Assembly (NCBI GenBank): GCA_963732855.1
Contig: CAVTBB010000002.1
Coordinates: forward strand, 336,632 to 400,631
Length of the DNA stretch: 64,000 bases
Direction: 5' to 3'
Source of the DNA: an uncultured Methanomassiliicoccales archaeon
GTDB taxonomy: Archaea > Thermoplasmatota > Thermoplasmata > Methanomassiliicoccales > UBA472
The notes under the pieces were generated by a model, which saw nothing but the letters and a program-made list of their open reading frames with translations, did not search any database and was not told the origin of the DNA. Position numbers and translations under genes: made by a program. Of the stretch, positions 31,162 through 40,610 are shown in pieces. Each line of letters starts with the position of its first letter. The stretch's first letter is position 1.

Positions 31162-31542
31162 ATGACAGACGACCCTATCAGTAAGAAAGCGAATGTCTCC
31201 AAAGCCAGCAATGGATGGACATATCTGATATTGGCCGGGTTGTTAGAGCCGATTTGGGTGGTTTCCATGAAATACTCCCAGGGTTTCACCGATATCCTCT
31301 GGGCGGCGGCTACGTTTATCTTCCTGTTCTTTAGCATGTACTTTCTGGCACTGGCCCTGAAGTCCAAAATACCGGTCGGCACCGCCTACTCCATATGGGT
31401 GGGGATAGGTGCCATAGGCGCACTGATCGCCGGCATTATCCTGTTCAACGAATCCTCGGACATTATTCGCCTGGGCTTTGTGCTGCTGATAATAGTGGGC
31501 ATCGCTGGCCTTCAGACCACAAGTCGCAAGGAGAGCATGTAG
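31162..31542 (+). CDS. SMR-family exporter (Gdx/SugE-like), subunit 2
   Basis: GLLEPIW, YSQGFT, PVGTAYSIWVGIG; tandem with the previous SMR. Confidence 0.9.
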   Translation: MTDDPISKKANVSKASNGWTYLILAGLLEPIWVVSMKYSQGFTDILWAAATFIFLFFSMYFLALALKSKIPVGTAYSIWVGIGAIGALIAGIILFNESSDIIRLGFVLLIIVGIAGLQTTSRKESM

Positions 31543-31557
31543 TAAAGATCATTCAGT

Positions 31558-31809
31558 TCAGGATCTCAAGAATTCCACTAACTGGCTTTCAACCATGCCC
31601 CAGGTCGTGAGCAGGGGCTTTTCCGAGATCGTGACCGTCAATATCCCCTTGTCGACCTGGTAGGTTCCGATCAACCTACCACCCATGAGCCTTCCGGAGA
31701 ACTTGCCCTTTGTCCCGTCTCCGGTGAATGTGACACCATGCTCGGCGGCTATCAATTTTGCCTGTTTCAATTTCTCCTCGGGCTTTGTGATCTTGATCTG
31801 GTATTGCAT
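31558..31809 (-). CDS. Small hypothetical protein (resembles PHA_gran_rgn-like alpha/beta proteins)
   Basis: 83-aa ORF; the family call is from pattern recall only. Confidence 0.55.
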   Translation of the reverse strand: MQYQIKITKPEEKLKQAKLIAAEHGVTFTGDGTKGKFSGRLMGGRLIGTYQVDKGILTVTISEKPLLTTWGMVESQLVEFLRS

Positions 31810-32030
31810 GGTTGCCTTCAGCAGTAATTTCCAATCAATATAACATATTTATCATAGATACATGAACTGGCATTCACTTCGAAGACCCGCCTCCGATTAT
31901 TTGGAAACATCGTATTTGAGCAACCCTTTCAAAGCTAAATCACTATCAAGAATCAATAATCATATTGTAATCTTCTTAGCTGAAAGATTTCATAACTATC
32001 CAACAAATGAAAATTGGCATATGATCTATC

Positions 32031-34589
32031 ATGATTAGTATTGTACTTCTGACGTTGGTGATTTCAGGGTTGATCATGGTCGCCCTAGGCGTGTACTCAC
32101 GTAGTCACAAAGCGGTCCCAGCGCAGCTTCCGTTCGAATTCATGGTCTATCTGGTCGCAGCCTGGTGCCTTTTCTTTGCCATGGATGGACTGACCGATGA
32201 CCCTTCAATAAAACTGATTGCGTTTCAAATTGTGTTAGGGATCGTGGCCTTGGTCCCAATTATCACCCTAATTACAATCATCTATCTGTTCGGACTGCAG
32301 AAGGTCCTTACTGGATGGAGGGTCGTGGGTCTATTCGTGATCCCATTCATGATGATCCTGATTAACGCCACCAACGGGCTTACATCCTGGTTCATCACTG
32401 GGTACCAACAAATAGAAACAGCTGGTTTTTCCTCGCTTGCACTCGAATACGGACCGGCTTTTCTTGCCCATACCGCCTATTCTTACATTATAATACTAAC
32501 AACACTTGCATTGCTTGTCTGGCATACTTTTCATAATCCCGGCATCTATAGGTGGCGGGATATCATTGTCCTCATAGGTTTCACAATACCCTTCATTGGC
32601 AATGCCCTCGTCATCACTGGGGCATCCGGTGGGTTCGATGTCACTCCGATCCTCTTCGTATTCACCAGTTTCTCATTGGCATTCGCCCTGTTCCGTTACC
32701 AGATGCTCAGCCTTATGCCCGTGGCCAGAGGAGTGATAATGGATATTTCGTCCGATCCAATACTGGTCCTAGACCAGAACGGGAAATTGGTGGACCTCAA
32801 CCCTAAGGCCACTACTCTAATCGGCCTTTCCCCTCGATCGATCGGGCAGGATGCCTCGACATTATTCAAAGAACATCAGGCTATTCTCGATGTGATGGAT
32901 GGAGTTAGTGCAGAAAACCGGATAGTGGTATTGCAGACCACTACAGGCATTAAATACTTTGATTGTCAGGTCGACGAAATGATGGATGGCAACCAGCATA
33001 TGGGCAGGGTGGTCATCCTTCGCGACATCAGTGTCAGCAAAATCGCCCAGGACGCGCTCAGGGAGAGCGAGGAGCGTTATCGGGCGATATTCGACCAATT
33101 CCTGGGATCTATCTTCGTGGTAGATCTGACAGATAGTTCTATCCTCCAGGCAAATCAGTCGTTCTGTCACTTCTTTGGATACGCAGATGATGAGGTATTG
33201 GGACTAAAAATGAGCGCTATCCCATCCATCGATGGTACCATCGTTAAGAAAGTGATGGATACCGTTCGCGGAGGACATCGACTGGTAGTGGAGACGTCTG
33301 CCTCCCGGTTCGATGGAAAGGTTATGAATCTGGAGATCTCGGCCAGCCCTATCAGATATGGGGGCAAGGACGCGGTCTGCGTGATGGGATGGGATGTCAC
33401 GGAACGGCGCCACGCAGAGGCTGATCGAGAACGGATCGAGAAGCTCGAAGCAACAGGCACGCTTGCTGGCGGCATCGCTCACGACTTCAATAACCTGTTG
33501 ACCGGCGTCCTCGGTTACGTTTCACTCACCAAGCAGCGGACTGATCGAGGGGCTGAGACCTACAAGGGACTGCAGGAAGCGGAAATGGCCATATTGCAGG
33601 CTAAGGAAATTGCGCAGGAACTGCTCTCGCTGGCCAAGGGTGGATCCCCTATAAGGAAACCAGTTTCGATTTCAGATCTGCTAAAGGTCGCATCTAATCA
33701 TCCTTTCTTCAACAGCAATGTGCGTTGTAGTCTTGCAATACCCCCAGGACTGTGGCCGGCTTACGTAGACCCCGGCCAGATGGGTAGGGTATTCACAAAC
33801 CTTTTCCTGAACGCGAAGGATGCCATGCCGCAAGGAGGAACGGTGGAGGTTTCAGTGGCCAACATAATCGTCGACTTCAATAATCACCCAACCTTGGAAC
33901 CGGGCCGATACCTCGAAATAATCATCAAGGACGAGGGAATGGGAATTCCTGAGCATGTCCTTACAAAGATTTTTGAACCATATTTTACTACAAAAGTGAA
34001 AGGTTACGGTCTAGGGCTATCGGTGGTCTACGCCACCGTGACCAGGCATAATGGCAGCATAGATGTTGAATCAAAGGAGGGCAAAGGAACGACGTTCAAG
34101 ATCTGCCTTCCAGCAACGGACGAACAACCATCTGAAGGTGTTGTTGAAGAGGCAGTAATACCCCAAGGTAAAGGCCACGTCCTGGTCATGGACGATGAGG
34201 AGTATATCCTAGATGTGATCAACGAACTGCTTCAGGCACTGGGATATGATGTGGGAGTCGCACGAGACGGGGAAGAAGCGATCCGGGAATACAAACTAGC
34301 TATGGATGCAGGTCGGAGATATGACATCGTTTTAATGGACCTGACCAATATAAGGGGTATGGGAGGCAAGGAGGCAATCGTAGGATTGCTTGCCTTGGAT
34401 CCTTCTGCTCGAGCTATTGTCTCGTCAGGTTATTCGAACGACCCGGTAATGGCTGAATATACGAAGTATGGATTCGCAGGAGTATTGCCCAAACCCTATA
34501 AAATGGAGGAATTGGCAATGTCGATTAAGCAAATCATGGCCTCCGAGATTGTCTTTAATCCGCAGGAAATGGCTGAAGACACCAGTTAG
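32031..34589 (+). CDS. Hybrid histidine kinase: N-terminal 7TM (HisKA_7TM-like), 2 PAS, HisKA, HATPase, receiver
   Basis: 7 hydrophobic helices, AGGIAHDFNNLL, NLFLNAKDAM, FTTK..GYGLGLS, LVMDDE...VLMDL...KPY. Confidence 0.92.
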   Translation: MISIVLLTLVISGLIMVALGVYSRSHKAVPAQLPFEFMVYLVAAWCLFFAMDGLTDDPSIKLIAFQIVLGIVALVPIITLITIIYLFGLQKVLTGWRVVGLFVIPFMMILINATNGLTSWFITGYQQIETAGFSSLALEYGPAFLAHTAYSYIIILTTLALLVWHTFHNPGIYRWRDIIVLIGFTIPFIGNALVITGASGGFDVTPILFVFTSFSLAFALFRYQMLSLMPVARGVIMDISSDPILVLDQNGKLVDLNPKATTLIGLSPRSIGQDASTLFKEHQAILDVMDGVSAENRIVVLQTTTGIKYFDCQVDEMMDGNQHMGRVVILRDISVSKIAQDALRESEERYRAIFDQFLGSIFVVDLTDSSILQANQSFCHFFGYADDEVLGLKMSAIPSIDGTIVKKVMDTVRGGHRLVVETSASRFDGKVMNLEISASPIRYGGKDAVCVMGWDVTERRHAEADRERIEKLEATGTLAGGIAHDFNNLLTGVLGYVSLTKQRTDRGAETYKGLQEAEMAILQAKEIAQELLSLAKGGSPIRKPVSISDLLKVASNHPFFNSNVRCSLAIPPGLWPAYVDPGQMGRVFTNLFLNAKDAMPQGGTVEVSVANIIVDFNNHPTLEPGRYLEIIIKDEGMGIPEHVLTKIFEPYFTTKVKGYGLGLSVVYATVTRHNGSIDVESKEGKGTTFKICLPATDEQPSEGVVEEAVIPQGKGHVLVMDDEEYILDVINELLQALGYDVGVARDGEEAIREYKLAMDAGRRYDIVLMDLTNIRGMGGKEAIVGLLALDPSARAIVSSGYSNDPVMAEYTKYGFAGVLPKPYKMEELAMSIKQIMASEIVFNPQEMAEDTS

Positions 34590-34958
34590 TCCAGGCAATT
34601 TTCACTCCTTCGTCCCCGGAATATCTGAGAGACGATGCCTGATAGGACTTGTGGCATTGATCAAAACTCGAAATGTCAATTTATTCTCAGTAACCGTCAA
34701 TAATTTTGTAGAATGATGGGTAAGGCGGGAGAACGGGGCAGAACTCCCGCCTTGGGATGGTTGTTCATAGTTAGGGATGGGCCGATGCATCCTCCCCTGG
34801 TTTGGTTATAGAGCTTCGGACCCCATGCGCTTTTCCGCGCATGCCTTCTTGAATCATAGTAGGCATCCGACACTTAAATACCGGAGCGCCAGAGGTGAGC
34901 GAAAGTAGTATCCACTGGAAAGTACAATGGATAGTTAAAATAGAGGCCGAAAGTGAAC

Positions 34959-36719
34959 CTATGCTGATTTCCTCTTATGCCTTATCCGGACGGCCTCACC
35001 CTTTGCACTGTCCGCCATCTCCTCACCTGACATCATGGCCACCCCCACCGCTTCCACTTTGCCCTTGCGCATCACGATCGCCTCGTCCCCGATGCGTATG
35101 TCCGGGTCTGCGCTTTCAACGCCGACGGCGAATAGGTTGCCAGTCATCTCGAAGTCCTTCATGTTCACCAGGAACCTACCCGATGCGGCGATCCTTTCCG
35201 CTCCATCTAACGTAAGGGATATCATGCCTCGGTCCGGTGTCAGCATCCCCATCTGGGTCTTGCCAAGCATGAATCGTGAGTATGGGTAGCTGCCGGAGAC
35301 CTCACAGCCCTCTGTGAGCGCCGAGCCGACTTCGCCGAACTGGAAGATCGCCGAGGACCTCATTGAGTTAGCCCGGTCCACGCCTCTCGGAACGCGGGGG
35401 TACTCGGAGCAGTACTTTTGCAGCACTTCATACAACCGATCCAGTGAATCCTTTGATGTGCAGCTGGCGCTCTTGGTTGTGTCGACGAACTCGTCCAGCA
35501 CCGGCAGGACGAACTCGCTCTCGTCTCCTAGATGACAGATGATGTGATCGTATCCGAAAGAGACGATGCGCTTGACCATATCCTGCACCATGGCCACCTC
35601 TTCCCGGTCCCAGTGACCCGTCACCGGTATGTCGTACTGGGCAGCGGGGTAGAACAGTTCCAGCTCACGAGGCACCGCACCCAACGGAGACGTTATGATT
35701 ACCTCGTGCACAACATCGAAATTGCTCAGCGACGTAAGCACTCGCTTGAACGCCTGGTGGCTCTTCGAGGAGTAGTACGGCTTTTTGGCCGAGCAGGGGA
35801 TAAGGAGCAGGACCTTCTTATCCGCCGGACGGACATACCGTTCCATGATCCGCTTGCGGTATCTCTGGATGTCGGGCCGGCTGAGCGACTGCTTGGCGTT
35901 GCAGTAGAACTGGGGGCCGATGACCGGGAAGTACCTCTCCTGGAAATCGTAGTGGCTCTCGTCGAATATTCTCAAGGCAGAGACCAACCAGGGCGAGGCG
36001 TGGATGCGCATCTCCACGAGCTCCCGGAGGCGCTGCTTGTAGATCATGTGACGGACCAGGCTCAGTTCCTTGGCCGTATTGTCCAGGCTGAGCATGTACG
36101 CGTCCTCGGGCTTGGTTGCGCCAACCCACTTCGAGTCCTTGGCGGATACAGTGCCTTCGGCCATACTGACCTCCATCCGGGAAGAGCGGTATTGAAGCAG
36201 GGATGTATCGACCAGGTCCACGCCCATGTAGGCGAGCAACGCCAGGTTGCTGACATCCATTAGCCCCGGTGCATAGACCAGGCGCTTGTGTCCAGCTGCA
36301 CCGCGGAGAGCGACCATAGTGGCGGCGAACTGCCTTGCATCACGCCGGTATTCGAATGCGTTGCCTAATACGATGATCTCGGAGGTGGATGCCTTTACCT
36401 GCTCGGCGATGACCGCTGGCTCGCCCCGCACCAGTGTCGTACCGGTCCCCTCGATGCTGCCGAAATCGGTGCGACCGCCGCGCATTTGGGAGAGGGGCGG
36501 ATAGAAACCATGCGGTATTACGATTTCGCCATTGTCAGGCCCGTCGGCGGAATGAAGGCTGTGTGAATCGCCCCTGTTCGTAAGAACAAGGTCATACCCA
36601 TCGGGCGAAGTCTTGAGTAGCCCCCCGGCGAAGATCACATTGGGAGTGAGCGCCTTGAAAGTTGACGCGGTCCACCTTGCACTTCGTCCGACACCGGAAC
36701 GGCCCAGCACCTCGAGCAT
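34959..36719 (-). CDS. arcS: Archaeosine synthase alpha subunit (TGT-like + DUF5591 + PUA)
   Basis: LAYMGVDLVD, LLIPCSAKKPY..SKSH, TSPLG.VPRELE..YP...YDIPVTG.W, C-terminal PUA domain. Confidence 0.9.
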   Translation of the reverse strand: MLEVLGRSGVGRSARWTASTFKALTPNVIFAGGLLKTSPDGYDLVLTNRGDSHSLHSADGPDNGEIVIPHGFYPPLSQMRGGRTDFGSIEGTGTTLVRGEPAVIAEQVKASTSEIIVLGNAFEYRRDARQFAATMVALRGAAGHKRLVYAPGLMDVSNLALLAYMGVDLVDTSLLQYRSSRMEVSMAEGTVSAKDSKWVGATKPEDAYMLSLDNTAKELSLVRHMIYKQRLRELVEMRIHASPWLVSALRIFDESHYDFQERYFPVIGPQFYCNAKQSLSRPDIQRYRKRIMERYVRPADKKVLLLIPCSAKKPYYSSKSHQAFKRVLTSLSNFDVVHEVIITSPLGAVPRELELFYPAAQYDIPVTGHWDREEVAMVQDMVKRIVSFGYDHIICHLGDESEFVLPVLDEFVDTTKSASCTSKDSLDRLYEVLQKYCSEYPRVPRGVDRANSMRSSAIFQFGEVGSALTEGCEVSGSYPYSRFMLGKTQMGMLTPDRGMISLTLDGAERIAASGRFLVNMKDFEMTGNLFAVGVESADPDIRIGDEAIVMRKGKVEAVGVAMMSGEEMADSAKGEAVRIRHKRKSA

Positions 36720-36788
36720 ACCGCTCTGATGCGGCCCCCGGATAAAAACACTTGCAATGAAGCAAAAAGATAGAAATGAAATGTGTTT

Positions 36789-37148
36789 TCAGAAAGTGGT
36801 GACCATGTCATGATCCGCAATGATCTTCCTGGCCTCATGCCAGTCGATCCCAGTGACGCTGTCGAGGACTGCAACGTCCCCGACCCGGTCATACAGGTCC
36901 TCCTTGACGCAATAGACCTTGGCCTCGAAATCGACCAAATCGCCGAGCGCTTCCCCATTGGACGGCATTTTCAACACTTCCGGCTTCTGGCTGGCGACAG
37001 CGTTCAGCGTCCCGTCCCCCACAAGGAGGACGTTGCACTTGGTGATCATCCCGCCCGCCATCTGAGAGAGGGCGAGCCGGGCCCCGGCGAAACCTTCCTC
37101 ATAGCCATAGGGCGCCTTCATTATCAGTACCAATAAGCTTTGTGCCAT
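36789..37148 (-). CDS. DsrE/DsrF(TusC)-like sulfur relay protein
   Basis: LVLIMKAPYG.E, LVGDG, VYCVKEDL..R. Confidence 0.75.
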   Translation of the reverse strand: MAQSLLVLIMKAPYGYEEGFAGARLALSQMAGGMITKCNVLLVGDGTLNAVASQKPEVLKMPSNGEALGDLVDFEAKVYCVKEDLYDRVGDVAVLDSVTGIDWHEARKIIADHDMVTTF

Positions 37149-37153
37149 CTTCC

Positions 37154-37513
37154 TCACCTCGCAATGGTGACCATTCGGTCGCTCTCCGCCACGAACCGGG
37201 TCAGGTCGTTCGCCAGGCTGCCCTGTTTTCCGCCCGGTATCTCCTCGCCCCGGTTCAGGCCGCGCGCCGCGCAACAGGTGTTGCAAACCGCGATCTCCAG
37301 ACCTTTCTCCGCCAGTTCCTTGGCCTCATTCCCAACATTAGGGAACCGCTTCGGCTCTTGTCCTTTCTTTATCAGCCACACGCCCTCCCCATAGCCGAAT
37401 ATCCTTACTGCATATCCCTTGTCCAGGGCGGCGGCCGCGAGCTTCATGGCGACGTTCGTGTCCATGCTCATCATGGTGCCGCTCCTGACCTGTATCGTCA
37501 AAGTTTTCATCAT
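37154..37513 (-). CDS. DsrE/TusD-like sulfur relay protein
   Basis: IFGYGEGV, AVCNTCCAARG conserved Cys motif. Confidence 0.8.
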   Translation of the reverse strand: MMKTLTIQVRSGTMMSMDTNVAMKLAAAALDKGYAVRIFGYGEGVWLIKKGQEPKRFPNVGNEAKELAEKGLEIAVCNTCCAARGLNRGEEIPGGKQGSLANDLTRFVAESDRMVTIAR

Positions 37514-37518
37514 CTCAC

Positions 37519-37824
37519 CTATAGCGTGATGGTCTGGTCGAACCGCTCCATGATCAGCTCGACCGCTTCCGGATACTCAATCTCCTTAAACCCGGGCAAA
37601 GCCTTACCGCCAAAACCCTTGCCCTGCAGGTCGTCGCTCATCACAAAGACCTCTTTGGCCGAATGGAGTAGCCTCTGGCCCTGCTTCTGGTCTACGGCAT
37701 AATATACCGCATCCTCGAAAAGGATTGCTGCCCGCTTCCCCTCGCCGGCGATCTTGTCGATCATCTCCAGCGAGGTCTCGAACTCGTGCGGCGACTTGAA
37801 CAGGAGGAAAAGAATGGAAGGCAT
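37519..37824 (-). CDS. DsrH/TusB-like sulfur relay protein
   Basis: LFLLFKSP, LFEDAVY, FVMSDDL..KG, IEY...VEL. Confidence 0.75.
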   Translation of the reverse strand: MPSILFLLFKSPHEFETSLEMIDKIAGEGKRAAILFEDAVYYAVDQKQGQRLLHSAKEVFVMSDDLQGKGFGGKALPGFKEIEYPEAVELIMERFDQTITL

Positions 37825-37834
37825 ATTCTTCCAC

Positions 37835-38248
37835 CTAACCTATAAACAGCGAAATGTCGCCATCCGCCGCGATGTCCAGGAAACCGGCTGCGCCCAATAT
37901 CTTGACCCCGTCGACCATGTCCTCCTTGGTTATCCGCATCAGCGCCATTGTTGTGCTGCAAGCGTAGATGTTCACGCCCAGGTCGAGGGCCATAGCGAGC
38001 TGCGCTGGGTAGTTCTCGATACCGACCGCCTTCATCCTTCCGATGAAAGTACCGGTGAACAGGCGCATCATGCCACTCAGCTTCGGCATCTTGCCCTTCT
38101 TCAGAAGGGATAATCCGAAGAATGTGTGGAACACGTGCACTTCCATGCCCATGCTCGCCGCTGTGTTCGCCATCATCATAGACATCATCGCCTTGTCGAA
38201 CTTGTCCTCTGATACGACAATGATCAATCTCTTTGCATTCTCAACCAT
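37835..38248 (-). CDS. DsrE2-like (DsrE/DrsH family) protein
   Basis: DKAMMSMMMANTAASMG.EV.VFHTFFGL, IYACSTTM.LM. Confidence 0.8.
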   Translation of the reverse strand: MVENAKRLIIVVSEDKFDKAMMSMMMANTAASMGMEVHVFHTFFGLSLLKKGKMPKLSGMMRLFTGTFIGRMKAVGIENYPAQLAMALDLGVNIYACSTTMALMRITKEDMVDGVKILGAAGFLDIAADGDISLFIG

Positions 38249-38314
38249 TCGAATCACGATCCATTTATTCAGTGCTAACTATCTTCTTCGCTTCGCCCAT
38301 CACAAGCTTGTCAT

Positions 38315-38545
38315 TCATACAAGCCTCTTGATGTAATAGTAAAAGACACCGTTATCCTCCTTCATCTCGAGGAGCTGGTTGTTCGTCCTTTTGCACCAGG
38401 CCGGGACATCCTCCTTGGAACCCACATCATCGGAGATCATCTCCACTACCTTCCCTACTGGAAGCTCTTTCATCTTCTTAGCGAGCTTGACGATCGGCAT
38501 AGGGCACATCAGGCCCTTGCAGTCCAATGTCTCATCTTTCTGCAT
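38315..38545 (-). CDS. tusA: Sulfur carrier TusA/SirA family
   Basis: LDCKGLMCPMP (CPxP), DDVGSKEDVPAWC. Confidence 0.92.
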   Translation of the reverse strand: MQKDETLDCKGLMCPMPIVKLAKKMKELPVGKVVEMISDDVGSKEDVPAWCKRTNNQLLEMKEDNGVFYYYIKRLV

Positions 38546-38564
38546 TTTTGATCCCCCTACGGTT

Positions 38565-38580
38565 TTGCACGGTTGTGCAA
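38565..38580. promoter_or_regulatory. Perfect palindrome TTGCAC-N4-GTGCAA, probable operator
   Basis: Lies between the minus-strand TATA-like element (about 38586-38593) and the tusA SD/ATG, in the divergent tusA/regulator intergenic region. Confidence 0.6.
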
Positions 38581-38639
38581 CAATCTTATATAACTGCGCC
38601 TTTATAAGTCTTTCCAGAGATTCGGAAAGAGGTGCAAGC

Positions 38640-39017
38640 GTGCTCCCGGAAAAGATGATTCACAGTGCTTCAAACTGCAAGGATCTTGTCCAGTGCGCGT
38701 TCTCCCTGAATGAGTTTGAGGTAGAGGTATTTAATCGTTTGACTGATTCCGGGGCTAAAAGGGCAGATGACCTCGCTGACCTGATGGGGAAGGACCGGTC
38801 CACGGTCTATCGCGCCTTACAGAAGTTGATGACCTGCGGCATGTGCTTCCGTGAGACCAAGAGCATCGAACGTGGAGGTTACTATCACATCTACAGGGCG
38901 ATCAGCAGGGATGAGCTGAAGCACAAACTAGAGCAGTGTGTGGACGACTGGTATGAGCGGATGCAGCAGGTACTGGCGAAATTCGGGGAATTAGGAAATA
39001 TCGGGTCAGCGCCGTGA
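38640..39017 (+). CDS. TrmB-like winged-helix transcriptional regulator, Cys-rich
   Basis: C.DLVQCAFSLNEFE, GKDRSTVYRALQKL HTH, GGYYHIY. Confidence 0.8.
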   Translation: MLPEKMIHSASNCKDLVQCAFSLNEFEVEVFNRLTDSGAKRADDLADLMGKDRSTVYRALQKLMTCGMCFRETKSIERGGYYHIYRAISRDELKHKLEQCVDDWYERMQQVLAKFGELGNIGSAP

Positions 39018-39105
39018 GATCGGATCTGACAGCATACCTCCTTAAAACGTGCCAGCAGTTTTGCCAAGGGTAATATATGCCCAGGGGACATACGGCTTCG
39101 AGACC

Positions 39106-40038
39106 ATGAGCTTCAAGGGTTTGGACATCGTTTCTATCAGAGACCTTACAAGGGAACAGATCGACACAATCCTGGACCTCACCGAGAGGATGATCCCGTA
39201 CGCCAAGGGGGAGAAGTTCACCAAGGCCCTTGAAGGGCGAATACTGGCGAACTTGTTCTTCGAGCCTTCCACCCGTACCCGAATGTCTTTTGAATCAGCG
39301 ATCACCAGATTGCACGGCGGTTCCATCGATATGAGCATACCTTCTATGACGTCCATCGTCAAAGGCGAGACCCTGGCCGATACAATACGCATGGTCGAGT
39401 CCTATTCCGACGTCATTGTGCTCAGGCACCCTCACGAAGGCGCGGCGCGGCTCGCAGCGCGGTTCTCCTCAAAGCCAGTCATTAACGCCGGGGACGGGGC
39501 GGGCCAGCACCCGACCCAGACATTGCTCGATCTGTTCACCATACGACGATCCAAGAAGTCCATCGACGGCATCAAGGTGGCGATGGTCGGCGATCTCAAG
39601 TATGGCCGTACCGTACACTCATTGGCCGAGGCCCTGACCATGTTCGGGGCGGACCTTACGTTCGTTGCGCCATCGACCCTGCAGATGCCGAAGGAGACGA
39701 TCAAGCAGGTGGAGAAGTACGGCGGGAAGCCAAAGCTCAAATCCAAGTTGTCCGAGGTGATTGCAGATGCTGACGTTCTCTACATCACCAGGATCCAACG
39801 GGAAAGGTTCCCTGACGCGGCGGAATACCAGAAGGTGGCTGGCACGTACCGCGTCGATAATTCTTTGCTGCGCGAGGCAAAGAGCGATCTGATCGTCATG
39901 CATCCTCTGCCCAGAGTGGACGAAATCGCCCCGGAAGTTGATTCGACGCCTCACGCTAAGTACTTCGAACAGGCCTTCAACGGGGTGCCAGTGCGCATGG
40001 CCCTGCTGAACCTTGTACTCGGAGGTGAGTTGGAATGA
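39106..40038 (+). CDS. pyrB: Aspartate carbamoyltransferase catalytic subunit
   Basis: FFEPSTRTRMSFE, HPTQTLLD, MHPLPR. Confidence 0.98.
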   Translation: MSFKGLDIVSIRDLTREQIDTILDLTERMIPYAKGEKFTKALEGRILANLFFEPSTRTRMSFESAITRLHGGSIDMSIPSMTSIVKGETLADTIRMVESYSDVIVLRHPHEGAARLAARFSSKPVINAGDGAGQHPTQTLLDLFTIRRSKKSIDGIKVAMVGDLKYGRTVHSLAEALTMFGADLTFVAPSTLQMPKETIKQVEKYGGKPKLKSKLSEVIADADVLYITRIQRERFPDAAEYQKVAGTYRVDNSLLREAKSDLIVMHPLPRVDEIAPEVDSTPHAKYFEQAFNGVPVRMALLNLVLGGELE

Positions 40039-40493
40039 AGGAGTTCAAGGTCACGCCGATAAGGAACGGGACCGTCATCGACCACATCGATTGCGGAATG
40101 GCGCTCAAGGTGCTGAGGATCATCGGACTAAATGAGGGTAATGTCCAGTCACCGGTCTCTGTGCTCATGCACGTGCCGTCGAAGAAGGCCGGCTGGAAGG
40201 ACGTGGTTAAGGTCGAGGACCGCGAATTGGACCCGAGGGACGTGGACAAGATCGCCCTCATCTCGCCGAAGGCGACGATCAACATCATCCGCGACTTCAA
40301 CGTGGCCGAGAAGCACCACGTCAGGCTTCCGGACATCGTTCGCGGAAAGGCCAGGTGCGGCAATCCGAACTGCATCACCAACCTGAACGAGCCAGTGGAG
40401 CCGGAGTTCATGGTGGAGTCGAAGAACCCGCCAGTGCTGCGCTGCATCTATTGCGACCGGATCGTCGAAGACATAGGAGAGAACCTGCTTTAA
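40035..40493 (+). CDS. pyrI: Aspartate carbamoyltransferase regulatory subunit
   Basis: NGTVIDHI, KDVVKVE, CGNPNCIT...C.YC. Confidence 0.97.
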   Translation: MKEFKVTPIRNGTVIDHIDCGMALKVLRIIGLNEGNVQSPVSVLMHVPSKKAGWKDVVKVEDRELDPRDVDKIALISPKATINIIRDFNVAEKHHVRLPDIVRGKARCGNPNCITNLNEPVEPEFMVESKNPPVLRCIYCDRIVEDIGENLL

Positions 40494-40610
40494 GGTGGGA
40501 CCCCTTTACAACTAAGAAGGTATCGCAATAAAATGAGATGACCGTTTTGCGCCATCTGCCCGAACCGGACCCCGAAATTGCTTCACTTGTTCTAATGACC
40601 AGTTCAAGGT

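Noticed and set aside
40546-40560. 10-nt match (TTCGGGCAGA, minus strand) to the tRNA-Pro 3' end as an att site
   Set aside because: Too short, in the opposite orientation and inside core genes; no integrase.
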